This document shows positions 9,982 through 19,261 of a DNA stretch of 64,000 nt, piece after piece (the stretch's first letter is position 1; each line of letters starts with the position of its first letter). Position numbers and translations under genes: made by a program. The notes below the pieces were generated by a model, which saw only the letters and a list, made by a program, of their open reading frames with translations, was not told the DNA's origin and did not search any database. Origin of the DNA: an uncultured delta proteobacterium (lineage in GTDB: Bacteria; Desulfobacterota; Desulfuromonadia; Geobacterales; Pseudopelobacteraceae); NCBI GenBank assembly GCA_963772835.1, contig CAVYYZ010000024.1, forward strand, positions 1-64,000. Reading direction: 5' to 3'.

Positions 9982-11478
9982 ATGACCCCAGCCGCAATCG
10001 TACAAAAACTCTGGAACTACTGCAACGTCCTGCGCGACGACGGCATGAGCTACGGCGACTACGTCGAACAGCTCACCTTCCTGCTCTTCCTCAAGATGGC
10101 CGACGAGCGCACCAAGAAACCATATGACCAGACAGAGCCTGGTTCCCGTCCGGTTACGACTGGCCCAGCCTGCTGAAGAAGGACGGTGACGAGCTGTTCG
10201 ACCACTACCGCCACACCCTGGAAAAACTGGGGCAGGAAAAGGGGCTGCTGGGGCTGATCTTCGGCCGCGCCCAGAACAAGTTCCAGGACCCGGCCAAGCT
10301 GCGCCGCCTGCTGGTGGACCTGCTGGACAAGGAAAACTGGTCGATCATGAGCGCCGACGTCAAGGGCGACGCCTACGAGGGGCTGCTGGAGAAGAACGCC
10401 CAGGACACCAAGAGCGGCGCCGGCCAGTACTTCACCCCGCGTCCCGTTGATCCAGGCCATGGTGGATGTGATGGCACCCAAGGCCGAAGGAGACGATCTG
10501 CGACCCGGCCTGCGGCACCGGCGGCTTTCTGCTGTCGGCCTTTGCACTACGTCATGTGACCCCAGACATTACAAGCTGGACCGGGATCAGAAGCGGTTTC
10601 TGGAAACCGAGACCCTGCGCGGCTGGGAGCTGGTGCATGCCACGGCGCGGCTCTGCGCCATGAACCTGATGCTGCACGGCATCGGCGGCGAGGCGCTCCC
10701 GCATCGAGGCGGGCGTCGATTCGCTGGCTTCCGATCCGGGCGAGCGCTTCGACATGGTTCTGACCAATCCACCCTTCGGCAAGAAGAGTTCGACCACCAT
10801 CATCGGCGCGGACGGCAAGGCCTACAGCGAGAAGGAGACCATCGAGCGGGACGATTTCTGGCCACCACCTCCAACAAACAGCTCAACTTCATCCAGCACA
10901 TCAAGACCCTGCTCAAACAGCATGGCCGCGCCGCCGTGGTCGTGCCGGACAACGTGCTCTTCGAGGGCGGGGCAGGTGAGACCATCCGCCGCAAGCTGCT
11001 GCAGGAGTGCGACGTGCACACCCTGCTGCGCCTCCCCACCGGCCTGTTCTACGCCCAGGGGGTCAAGGCCAACGTGATCTTCTTCGACAAGAAACCGGCC
11101 AGCGAGACGCCCTGGACAAAGAAGCTCTGGATCTACGACCTGCGCACCAACCTGCACTTCACCCTCAAGACCAACCCGCTCCAGCGCCGGGACCTGGACG
11201 AGTTCGTGACCCTCTACAACCCGAAGAACCGCCATGAACGGCAGCCACCTGGAGCGAGGCGGACTCCGGACGGTCGCTGGCGGTCATACGACTACGCCGA
11301 CCTGATGGCCCGCGACAAGGCCAGCCTGGACATCTTCTGGCTTCGAGACGAAAGTCTGGAAAACTCGGATAACCTGCCCGAACCAGGTGTCATCGCCAGA
11401 GACATGGTCGCTGATCTGGAAAGCGCTTTGGAACAACTAAAACTAATCGTTGATGATATAGGGGAACCTGATGAATAA
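9982..11478 (+). pseudogene. hsdM: Type I R-M N6-adenine methyltransferase subunit M, split by about 6 frameshifts (real or assembly error)
   Basis: Fragments give IVQKLWNYCNVLRDDG, GAGQYFTPR, DPACGTGGFL, TNPPFG, VVVPDNVLFEGG, LRLPTGLFYAQGVKANV in shifting frames. Confidence 0.92.
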
Positions 11479-11890
11479 TACCGACTGCCCGATGTGTCGA
11501 CGCTGGGAAGAAGAAAAGGACCTGCGGGTTATCGAACTGCCGCACTCCTACGTAACCCTCAACCGGGATCAGTTTTTCCCCGGCTATACGCTGCTCTTCA
11601 CTAAAGATCATGTCACAGAACTGTTCCATCTTGATCGTGACGTGCGCTCTGCCCTGATGGAAGAGGTGTCGGCGGTGGCTCAGGCTCTTTACACGGTCTA
11701 TGAACCGGCCAAGGTCAATTATGAACTTCTGGGGAATATGGTGCCGCATATCCACTGGCACATTGTACCTCGATTCTCGTCCGATCCGCTCTGGCCCCGT
11801 CCGATCTGGGCCGAACAGCATGAAGAACGGTGCCTGACACCCGACGAATACCTGCAGCGCATAGAAAACATCCGGAGTGTCCTGATATGA
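11471..11890 (+). CDS. HIT family hydrolase
   Basis: N-terminal CPMC and HIHWH triad (VPHIHWHIVPR). Confidence 0.92.
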   Translation: MNNTDCPMCRRWEEEKDLRVIELPHSYVTLNRDQFFPGYTLLFTKDHVTELFHLDRDVRSALMEEVSAVAQALYTVYEPAKVNYELLGNMVPHIHWHIVPRFSSDPLWPRPIWAEQHEERCLTPDEYLQRIENIRSVLI

Positions 11891-13176
11891 TCCGTCCCTT
11901 TCTCACTACTCTTGCCAATGGACTTCGGGTTGTCTCTGTCGAAATGCCCCATCTGCACTCCGCTGAGCTGGCAGTCTACCTCAAAGTCGGCGGTCGCAAT
12001 GACCCGCCCGGCCGGGAAGGACTTTCCCATTTTCTGGAGCATATTCTGTTCAGGGGAACGTCAGAGTTTCCTTCGTCACTGGCAATTGAGTCGGCCTTCG
12101 AAACAATCGGGGGCGCTCCGAATGCCGCGACCGATGCAGAGTCGACCTGCTATTATTCGAGGGTGCATCCGGACAGTATCAAGCGCGGCATGGAAGTATT
12201 TGCTTCGATGCTGATGAAGCCGCTTCTGGCCGGAATAGAGATTGAAAAGCGGATTATCGCCGAGGAAGCACGAGAGGATCTGAACGAACAGGGAGATGAG
12301 GTCAATCCGGATTCAATTGTCAGCAGGATGCTCTGGCCACGGCATCCGCTGGGGATGCCGACCGTCGGGACACTTGGAAGCATCAACGCCATCGAACGGA
12401 GTGATCTCGAAAAACATCTGAAAAGCTATTATGTCCCTTCAAATGCCGTTCTGGTTGTTTCCGGCCCGGTCAAAAAAAGTTCTGTCTTTGCCGCTGCGCG
12501 GGATTGTTTTGGGGAGTGGCCTGAAGTGCGCCTGCCGGCTACATCAGTGGTGACACACCGTCAGTTCTCACCGCAGATACGCTGTGTGCAGGACTCTGAC
12601 AGTCAGATGAGTCTCCAGTTGGCATTTCTCGGCTTTGCCCGCAATGACCGCCGCTTTATGGCATTGCGTTTTTTGCGCCGGATTCTTGCCGGCGGCGGAA
12701 GTTCCCGCCTTCACCTGCGACTGCGTGAGGAGTTGGGGATCATTTATTCCGTGGACGGTGCAATCGGAGCCTACGACGAAACCGGATGCCTTGCATTTGA
12801 CCTTTCGACCGCTCCAAACACCCTGATCCATGCGGTTGAAGCGGCGTTTGAGGAGCTGTATCGAATTACCGTTACACCGGTCCCGGATGAAGAGCTGGAG
12901 CGGATACGCAATTCCTATGTTTTTGACCTCGAGTTTAGCCGTGATTCGGCTTACGAAATGGGAGGAAGATACGGATGGGGTGAACTGATGGGGGTCGTCA
13001 GAAGTATCGAGGAAGATCAATGCGAAGCGCGCCGGGTCACAGCAGTCGATATTCAGGCAGTTTCGCGGGAACTTTTTGTCCCGGAAAATCTTCGACTGGT
13101 AGCCGTCGGGCCGTGGAAGCGCGGCATGAAGAAAGGCTTACGGCAACTGGTAACCCAATACCAGCAGCGGTTTTAA
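11887..13176 (+). CDS. M16 (pitrilysin) family zinc peptidase
   Basis: HFLEH inverted zincin motif, GGGSSRL...LRE..G..Y. ATG overlaps the HIT stop (ATGA). Confidence 0.92.
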   Translation: MIRPFLTTLANGLRVVSVEMPHLHSAELAVYLKVGGRNDPPGREGLSHFLEHILFRGTSEFPSSLAIESAFETIGGAPNAATDAESTCYYSRVHPDSIKRGMEVFASMLMKPLLAGIEIEKRIIAEEAREDLNEQGDEVNPDSIVSRMLWPRHPLGMPTVGTLGSINAIERSDLEKHLKSYYVPSNAVLVVSGPVKKSSVFAAARDCFGEWPEVRLPATSVVTHRQFSPQIRCVQDSDSQMSLQLAFLGFARNDRRFMALRFLRRILAGGGSSRLHLRLREELGIIYSVDGAIGAYDETGCLAFDLSTAPNTLIHAVEAAFEELYRITVTPVPDEELERIRNSYVFDLEFSRDSAYEMGGRYGWGELMGVVRSIEEDQCEARRVTAVDIQAVSRELFVPENLRLVAVGPWKRGMKKGLRQLVTQYQQRF

Positions 13177-13200
13177 ACGACAGAGGTATCAACGCGTGAA

Positions 13201-14757
13201 CTATTGATCCGGCATCCCGGACACACATTCATGGTAATACGCTGCTTCCAGAACATTTATTTTGATTCGCCCGATGAAGGTAATAATCGGTGCCATATCT
13301 TTCGGGAGATGACCTTCAAGAAGTTTGAGATGGGTGTGATCCGCCGGAAGCTGGTTGAAAGTGGGATCAACAGAAACCCAACGATTACCTATAAAGCTTT
13401 CGCTCCAGCTGTGATAGAGAAAACCCTTCCCTTCCAGATACACCAGGCCTGAGACAAAGCGGGTAGGAATTCCTGCAGCGCGTGCGAGAGCGGTATAGAG
13501 ACGTGCGTGCGTCTGACAGTTGCCGCTTTTGGATTTGAAGCTCTCAACGGCGCTTCCGCCGTCTTCAATCGTGTCTTTCAGCCATCCTGCCGTCCAGGAT
13601 GACAGGATCCCTGCCAGTATTTCCTGACTTTTGACTCCTTCAGAGAGCATTTTTGCCTGGGTTCTTATCTCCGGTGCATCGGACTCAATCTTGTCCGCCG
13701 GCTGCCTCTCCGCGTCTGTCGGTGTATGCGGTCTTGATACGGCAGGCATCGTAACCAGAGAGCCGGTTTTGAAAGTTATTCGTCCCGGTCCTTTCCTTTC
13801 CACCTGCTGTCCCCCATCCTGCAGTAACGGCAGGGCATCATTCCAGCCGCTTATTTCAACTGTCAGGCCGGTCAGTTTCTTTGGATCCCGTATCGGCGGT
13901 TGCACGCGTACAAGACTGAAGTCATAAATCAGGTCTTTCTTGGCAAATGCCCAATCGCCGATAAATGAACCGAGGGCCCTGGGTTGTTCCGCTTTCGTTA
14001 TCACCAGGCCTTCACGGACCGATTCCTCGAGGGTATTTCCCTGCCCGTCCACCCAGATATCGTTGTTTACATACGGATAAAGATTGTTGCGGAGCTTAAG
14101 TGCCGGCAGGCCGCCGGTCGTCATCTCCTCGCCCAATACGGTGATCAGAATTTCCTTTATCTTCACCTCTTCCGGGTCGAACGCCTGGATTTTATACGAT
14201 GCCCCCGTCGAGACGGTATGCATAAGGGGATAAAAATTAAGAGCCGGACCGGGATAGACGTCGCCCCTGACCTTGAGCACTCTCTCGGTCGTTTTACCGT
14301 TTATTTCGCTTTTAATATGGATGGCACTGTCGCCGACCATGCCGCTGATGTGTGATGATGTGCCATTCACGGTCTGCTCAACATCAAAAGAACGGAGCGC
14401 CAGAGATTTAGAAACAAGATACGATTCACGCATTGAAGTCTCCTTGGAAACACTCATTACTTTCATCCTGACGCTTCCGTCTCCATCCATCCGGTAGCCG
14501 TCTTCAGTCTTGTCTATCCGTTGCCGGTAAAATCCGATCCGCTCTTCATTTACATAAATTCCGAACCAGCGTTCTGAGAGAGGTGGGGCATCTATGCTAC
14601 CGAATGGAGCGGCCATGGCGGCCAGGGTGCTGCTGAGCACGAGCGCTCCGGCGGTTAAAAATCGGGTTCTGGTAAGCAGGGCACGTGCGTTAAGGGAGAT
14701 GTCCGGAACGGGGAAAGTGCGCAAATGATGTACTAACTTCCTGGCATATATGTTCAT
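13201..14757 (-). CDS. Exported transglutaminase-like (Cys-His-Asp) domain protein; start uncertain
   Basis: GNCQTHA, GIPTRFVSG, YHSWSE, VDPTFNQ. Hydrophobic signal-like N-terminal segment. Confidence 0.85.
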   Translation of the reverse strand: MNIYARKLVHHLRTFPVPDISLNARALLTRTRFLTAGALVLSSTLAAMAAPFGSIDAPPLSERWFGIYVNEERIGFYRQRIDKTEDGYRMDGDGSVRMKVMSVSKETSMRESYLVSKSLALRSFDVEQTVNGTSSHISGMVGDSAIHIKSEINGKTTERVLKVRGDVYPGPALNFYPLMHTVSTGASYKIQAFDPEEVKIKEILITVLGEEMTTGGLPALKLRNNLYPYVNNDIWVDGQGNTLEESVREGLVITKAEQPRALGSFIGDWAFAKKDLIYDFSLVRVQPPIRDPKKLTGLTVEISGWNDALPLLQDGGQQVERKGPGRITFKTGSLVTMPAVSRPHTPTDAERQPADKIESDAPEIRTQAKMLSEGVKSQEILAGILSSWTAGWLKDTIEDGGSAVESFKSKSGNCQTHARLYTALARAAGIPTRFVSGLVYLEGKGFLYHSWSESFIGNRWVSVDPTFNQLPADHTHLKLLEGHLPKDMAPIITFIGRIKINVLEAAYYHECVSGMPDQ

Positions 14758-14784
14758 ACAGTATCCTTAGTTTCCGCAGACACA

Positions 14785-14838
14785 CAATCGCCACCTGCCT
14801 TTAGACATTTTGAATTGTCTAACGGCAGATGGCGATTG
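14785..14838. repeat. Intergenic 23-bp imperfect inverted repeat (hairpin)
   Basis: caatcgccacctgcctttagaca / tgtctaacggcagatggcgattg, 21/23 complementary. Confidence 0.75.
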
Positions 14839-14884
14839 AACTTCGGAGAGCGCGACACGTTTCATCTGCGTGAATGATATGGAG

Positions 14885-15871
14885 TCAGTCCCGTGCTGTG
14901 GTTGTAAGAGGAGAACCTGCGGCTGCGTCGGCGGGCGGGTTTCCCCCGTTTTCCGGATCATGAGCCTCGACCCGGTTCCTGCCGGTGGTTTTAGCACGGT
15001 ACAGGGCATCATCAGCCAGTTTGATAAACCCATCTACAGTAGAGGCATGCTCTTTTGAAAAACAGGCAACTCCCAGACTTGCAGTCAGCTTGAGGTTTTC
15101 GAGCGGTGCAGTGAATCCTGCGCTCTGAACCGCCCGTCGGATCCGGTCGGCCACAAAGACAGCTTCTTTCAACGTTGAATCCGGCAGAATTGCGACAAAT
15201 TCTTCGCCGCCGTAGCGGGCGGCACAGTCATAACTGCGCAACTCGTTCTGCAGTTGCTTGGCCACCCTCTGGAGTACGGCATCTCCCTGCTGATGGCCGA
15301 AATCATCATTAACACGCTTGAAGTGGTCAATATCCAGTATTATCAACGACAGATTGCCACCCTTACGAATGCTGCGCTGCACCTCTTTGTCGAGTGCTTC
15401 CATCATGTAGCGGCGGTTAAAGAGACCGGTCAGATGATCGGTGTTGGACAGTTCAAGTAACAGTTCGTTGGAATGCTTAAGTTCATCCTGCAGTTTTTTT
15501 ATTTTAAGATGTACTTTAACCCGGGCGACCAGTTCTTCGTGGTCAAACGGCTTGGTAATATAATCGCTGGCCCCCTGTTCAAGGCCCTTGATCTTGCGTT
15601 CACGGTCATACATGCCGGTAAGGATAATAACCGGAACATCCTGAAGTTCCGGCCTCGACTTAAGCATACTCAGGAATTTAAACCCGTCGATACGCGGCAT
15701 CTCCAGATCGCACAGGATGATATCCACAGGAGTCGAGAGCAGCTTTTTGAAACCTTCAAGGCCGTCCTCCGCTTCGAAATAGCGGGTGAAGAGACTGAAC
15801 GGCTCGAGAGTCCTGATGATCTGTTCACGAACGGTAACAGAATCATCTATGATTAGTACGCTGGTCGACAT
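14885..15871 (-). CDS. Response-regulator diguanylate cyclase (REC-GGEEF)
   Basis: REC (ILCDLEMP, KPF) plus DIDHFK.VND..GH..GD, RSYD I-site and GGEEF. Confidence 0.95.
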   Translation of the reverse strand: MSTSVLIIDDSVTVREQIIRTLEPFSLFTRYFEAEDGLEGFKKLLSTPVDIILCDLEMPRIDGFKFLSMLKSRPELQDVPVIILTGMYDRERKIKGLEQGASDYITKPFDHEELVARVKVHLKIKKLQDELKHSNELLLELSNTDHLTGLFNRRYMMEALDKEVQRSIRKGGNLSLIILDIDHFKRVNDDFGHQQGDAVLQRVAKQLQNELRSYDCAARYGGEEFVAILPDSTLKEAVFVADRIRRAVQSAGFTAPLENLKLTASLGVACFSKEHASTVDGFIKLADDALYRAKTTGRNRVEAHDPENGGNPPADAAAGSPLTTTARD

Positions 15872-15946
15872 AGCGTGGAAGTGTAGACGAACTCATCCCA
15901 AAACTCAATTAATAAAACGGCTATCTCTGCGGGAATTCGAATAAAA

Positions 15947-16612
15947 TTACAACAGTGGTTCGTGTGCCAGTCGCCTCATTTCCGAAATTGTTGCCGCATA
16001 ATCAGGCGCACCGAATACGGCGCTGCCGGCGACGAAAACATCGGCACCGGCATGGGATATCCGGGCGATATTAGATGGCTTGACTCCGCCGTCGATCTCC
16101 AGTTCGGCTTCGGAGCCGCTTCGGTCGAGCATCGCCCGTAATGAATAAATTTTTGGCAGGCAGGTGTCAATAAAGTTCTGACCGCCAAAGCCGGGGTTGA
16201 CAGTCATCAGCAGTACCAGGTCGAGATCATCGATAATGTAATCGAGGACGTTCAGCGGGGTGGCCGGATTGAGAGAAACACCCGCTTTTTTGCCGAAGGA
16301 TTTAATCAGCTGTATGCTGCGATGGAGATGGTTGGTTGCCTCGGCATGCACGACGATGATGTCGGCGCCCGCCGCCGCGAATTCCGGGATATAGAGATCA
16401 GGATTATCGATCATCAGATGCACATCAAGCGGCAGGGTTGTTACTCTGCGTGCAGCCTGAACAACAAGCGGCCCGATGGTGATATTCGGGACGAAATGAC
16501 CATCCATGACGTCAATATGTATGTAGTCGGCGCCGGCGGCCTCTACGGCCCGAATTTCATCACCAAGACGCGAAAAATCGGCAGACAGGATGGATGGGGC
16601 GATTTTTTTCAT
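15947..16612 (-). CDS. rpe: Ribulose-phosphate 3-epimerase
   Basis: [35 protein letters not shown]. Start set at MKKIAPS. Confidence 0.97.
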   Translation of the reverse strand: MKKIAPSILSADFSRLGDEIRAVEAAGADYIHIDVMDGHFVPNITIGPLVVQAARRVTTLPLDVHLMIDNPDLYIPEFAAAGADIIVVHAEATNHLHRSIQLIKSFGKKAGVSLNPATPLNVLDYIIDDLDLVLLMTVNPGFGGQNFIDTCLPKIYSLRAMLDRSGSEAELEIDGGVKPSNIARISHAGADVFVAGSAVFGAPDYAATISEMRRLAHEPLL

Positions 16613-16634
16613 GTGATATCTCCAAAGCTTTTTT

Positions 16635-16832
16635 ACCACGGAGACACGGCCAAAAGTAGGCGCCTTTAGGCGAGGCACGGAGAAAAGCAACAAGGTATAA
16701 GCTGAAAAACGGAACTCAAACAAGCTAATAGATATGAAAGTGAGGGGAAGCCCGCTTAACAGTTTAAAATTTTGTGGTTAAATTATGAGTCTTTTGCTTT
16801 TGACTCTCTCCGTGTTTCCGTGCCTCCGTGGT
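16635..16832. repeat. Intergenic element with inverted arms of tandem 9-mers (CACGGAGRN) around an AT-rich spacer
   Basis: Left accacggagacacgg[23-nt insert]aggcacggag; right ctctccgtgtttccgtgcctccgtggt. Related copy at 55202. Confidence 0.8.
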
Positions 16833-16842
16833 GGATTTTAAA

Positions 16843-18216
16843 TTATTGTATCCGTCTGATTCGCGCTGCGAAGAAGCCATCCATTCCGTGACGGTGGGGC
16901 CAAACCCTGAACATGCCGTAAAACGCGATCAGATCACTCCATCCAGGGAAAAAATCGTTCAGGTTTTCTAGCACAAATCCGGGATGGTGCAAAAGAAAAT
17001 CCTCCACAACTAATTCATTTTCCGCCTCTGACGTTGAACAGGTCGAATAGAGCAATGTTCCTCCCGGCTTTAGTCTGGTGGCGGCATTTTTTAGCAGGGT
17101 TTTCTGGACGGCTGCCAGACGGGTGATGTCACCGGAAAAAAGACGCCATTTTGCCTCAGGATTACGGCGGATTACTCCGAGCCCGGAGCAGGGTGCATCC
17201 AGCAGAATCCGGTCAAAATACCCATCAGGAAATGTGTCGGGTTGATGAAGATCGACAACTGCCGTTGCAACTGAGTTGATGCCAAGGCGCCGCGTGCTCT
17301 CCTGTACGAGTGTTAATTTTGAACGGGAGATGTCTGTCGCAATCAATTCGCCACGATCATCCATCTGCTGAGCGATGTGGCAGGTTTTGCCGCCGGGGGC
17401 GCAGCAGGCGTCCCAGATACGCTCTCCCGGCTCGGCACCCAGCAGCCGGCCTGCCAGCTGCGACGCTTCATCCTGTACGGCGAACAGTCCGGCATCAAAA
17501 CCGGGAAGGGTATTGATGGTGTGACGTCCCGCAACCGCAATGCCATCCGGCGAAAATTTGCAGGGGGCGGCCTCGATACCATTTTTTTCGAACTCCTGCA
17601 GCAGTTGGGCGCGGTCGGATCGTAGTGTATTGACGCGCAGTGTCAGCGGAGGCTGCTGTGAAGAAGCCTCTGCCAGCTGTTGCGCTTCGGTAGAGCCGAG
17701 TTGCGCAATCCACTGTTCAACCAGCCACTCCGGCTGGGAATGCCGGGCCGCTATCGCAGCCGCAGGATGTGTGCCGATATCGGGAAAGGAGATCGTGTCG
17801 CGGCGCCGCAGATAGTTTCTCAGCACGGCATTAATCAGGCCGCTGGTGCCCGGCGTGATCAGTTTTGCCAGATTGACCGACTCATTGACGGCGGCCGACT
17901 CAGGAATTCGGTCGAGGAAGGCCAACTGATACAGGCCGATACGCAGGATAACGAGTGCCAGAGGGTCGAGCTCAACCATCGGTTTTTCAAGCAGCTGTTG
18001 GAGGATGTGGTCCAGGGTCCCCTGTCGACGAAGTACGCCGAATACAAGCTCTGCGTACAACCCCCTGTCAGGGCCGCTCAACAATCCGTTGGAAAGTTCA
18101 ATGTCGATCAGGCGATCGGCGAACCCTCCCTCTTTTCTGATGCGCAGTAGTGTCTCGCAGGCCGCTTGACGGGGATTTGCAGAGTAGTCCTCTTTCTGAG
18201 CACGTCTAATAATCAT
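16843..18216 (-). CDS. rsmB: 16S rRNA m5C967 methyltransferase (NusB + NOL1/NOP2/Sun); start uncertain
   Basis: [41 protein letters not shown]. Confidence 0.95.
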   Translation of the reverse strand: MIIRRAQKEDYSANPRQAACETLLRIRKEGGFADRLIDIELSNGLLSGPDRGLYAELVFGVLRRQGTLDHILQQLLEKPMVELDPLALVILRIGLYQLAFLDRIPESAAVNESVNLAKLITPGTSGLINAVLRNYLRRRDTISFPDIGTHPAAAIAARHSQPEWLVEQWIAQLGSTEAQQLAEASSQQPPLTLRVNTLRSDRAQLLQEFEKNGIEAAPCKFSPDGIAVAGRHTINTLPGFDAGLFAVQDEASQLAGRLLGAEPGERIWDACCAPGGKTCHIAQQMDDRGELIATDISRSKLTLVQESTRRLGINSVATAVVDLHQPDTFPDGYFDRILLDAPCSGLGVIRRNPEAKWRLFSGDITRLAAVQKTLLKNAATRLKPGGTLLYSTCSTSEAENELVVEDFLLHHPGFVLENLNDFFPGWSDLIAFYGMFRVWPHRHGMDGFFAARIRRIQ

Positions 18217-19060
18217 GGTTCCTCGATATGATTTCGAGCCGGTTGACACGCTCGGAAATTGGGGGATGAGTAGAGAAGAGCGCCATCATTCCGCCGCCGG
18301 TCAGCGGATTGACGATAAACATATGAGCGGTAGCGGTATTGGCGTTCATCGGGATCTGCTGGCTTCCCAATTCCAGTTTTTGAAGGGCCCGTGCAAGAGA
18401 AAGCGGGTTTCCGCTGATATGTGCTCCCGCAGCGTCAGCGCCGAATTCCCGTGATCGGGAGATTGCCATTTGAACCAGCATGGCGGCAATTGGGGCCAGA
18501 ATTGCCATGAAGAGCATGCCGAGCATACCGCCTCCCTCATCGTCATCACTCCGTCCGCCACCGAATAGTGCGCCCCACTGCGCCATATGGGCCAGATAGG
18601 TGATTGCACCGGCAAAGGTTGCTGCAACAGTGGAAATCAGGATGTCACGGTTTTTGACGTGCCCCAGTTCATGGGCCATGACACCGGCCAGTTCCTCGTC
18701 AGTCAGGAGTCGCATGATGCCGGTAGTGGCGGCGACCGCAGCGTGATCCGGATTGCGGCCGGTGGCAAACGCATTCGGGCTGTCATCCTGGATGATATAC
18801 ACCTTCGGCATCGGCAGGGCGGCCCGCTCGGCCAGTTGTCGTACGATGCCGTAGAATCGCGGATTGTCGTGCTCTTCGATCGGCTGTGCCCGGTACATAC
18901 GGAGAACGATTTTGTCAGAGAACCAGTAGGAAAAGAAATTCATTCCTCCGGCCAGCAGAAAGGCCATCGTCATGCCGCCTCTGCCACCGATCGCGCCACC
19001 GATCAGCACCAGCAGCACAGTCAGAAGAGCCATCAGGAAAGTTGTCTTAAGTGTGTTCAT
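18206..19060 (-). CDS. htpX: Zinc metalloprotease HtpX
   Basis: [31 protein letters not shown]. Confidence 0.97.
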   Translation of the reverse strand: MNTLKTTFLMALLTVLLVLIGGAIGGRGGMTMAFLLAGGMNFFSYWFSDKIVLRMYRAQPIEEHDNPRFYGIVRQLAERAALPMPKVYIIQDDSPNAFATGRNPDHAAVAATTGIMRLLTDEELAGVMAHELGHVKNRDILISTVAATFAGAITYLAHMAQWGALFGGGRSDDDEGGGMLGMLFMAILAPIAAMLVQMAISRSREFGADAAGAHISGNPLSLARALQKLELGSQQIPMNANTATAHMFIVNPLTGGGMMALFSTHPPISERVNRLEIISRNHDY

Positions 19061-19261
19061 CTCATGCCTCGCGTCTGCATTAGTCGGTTGTCCATCAAAC
19101 CCTTACATTGGCTATGATAAACATCAGGAGTAAAAAGTGCAAGGGTGGGTGCTCTCTTCAGTTAATCTGACGGAAACTGCGGCTATTTATCTTGCATAGC
19201 TCCGGTTGATTTGCTATAGTTCCAGACCGTCTTAATCTCGCATAAGAACTGAATATTATTA

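Noticed and set aside
14885..15871. Possible Hypr (cGAMP-making) GGDEF enzyme
   Set aside because: Has GHQQGD (Asp) rather than the Ser of Hypr enzymes; looks like an ordinary c-di-GMP cyclase with an intact I-site.
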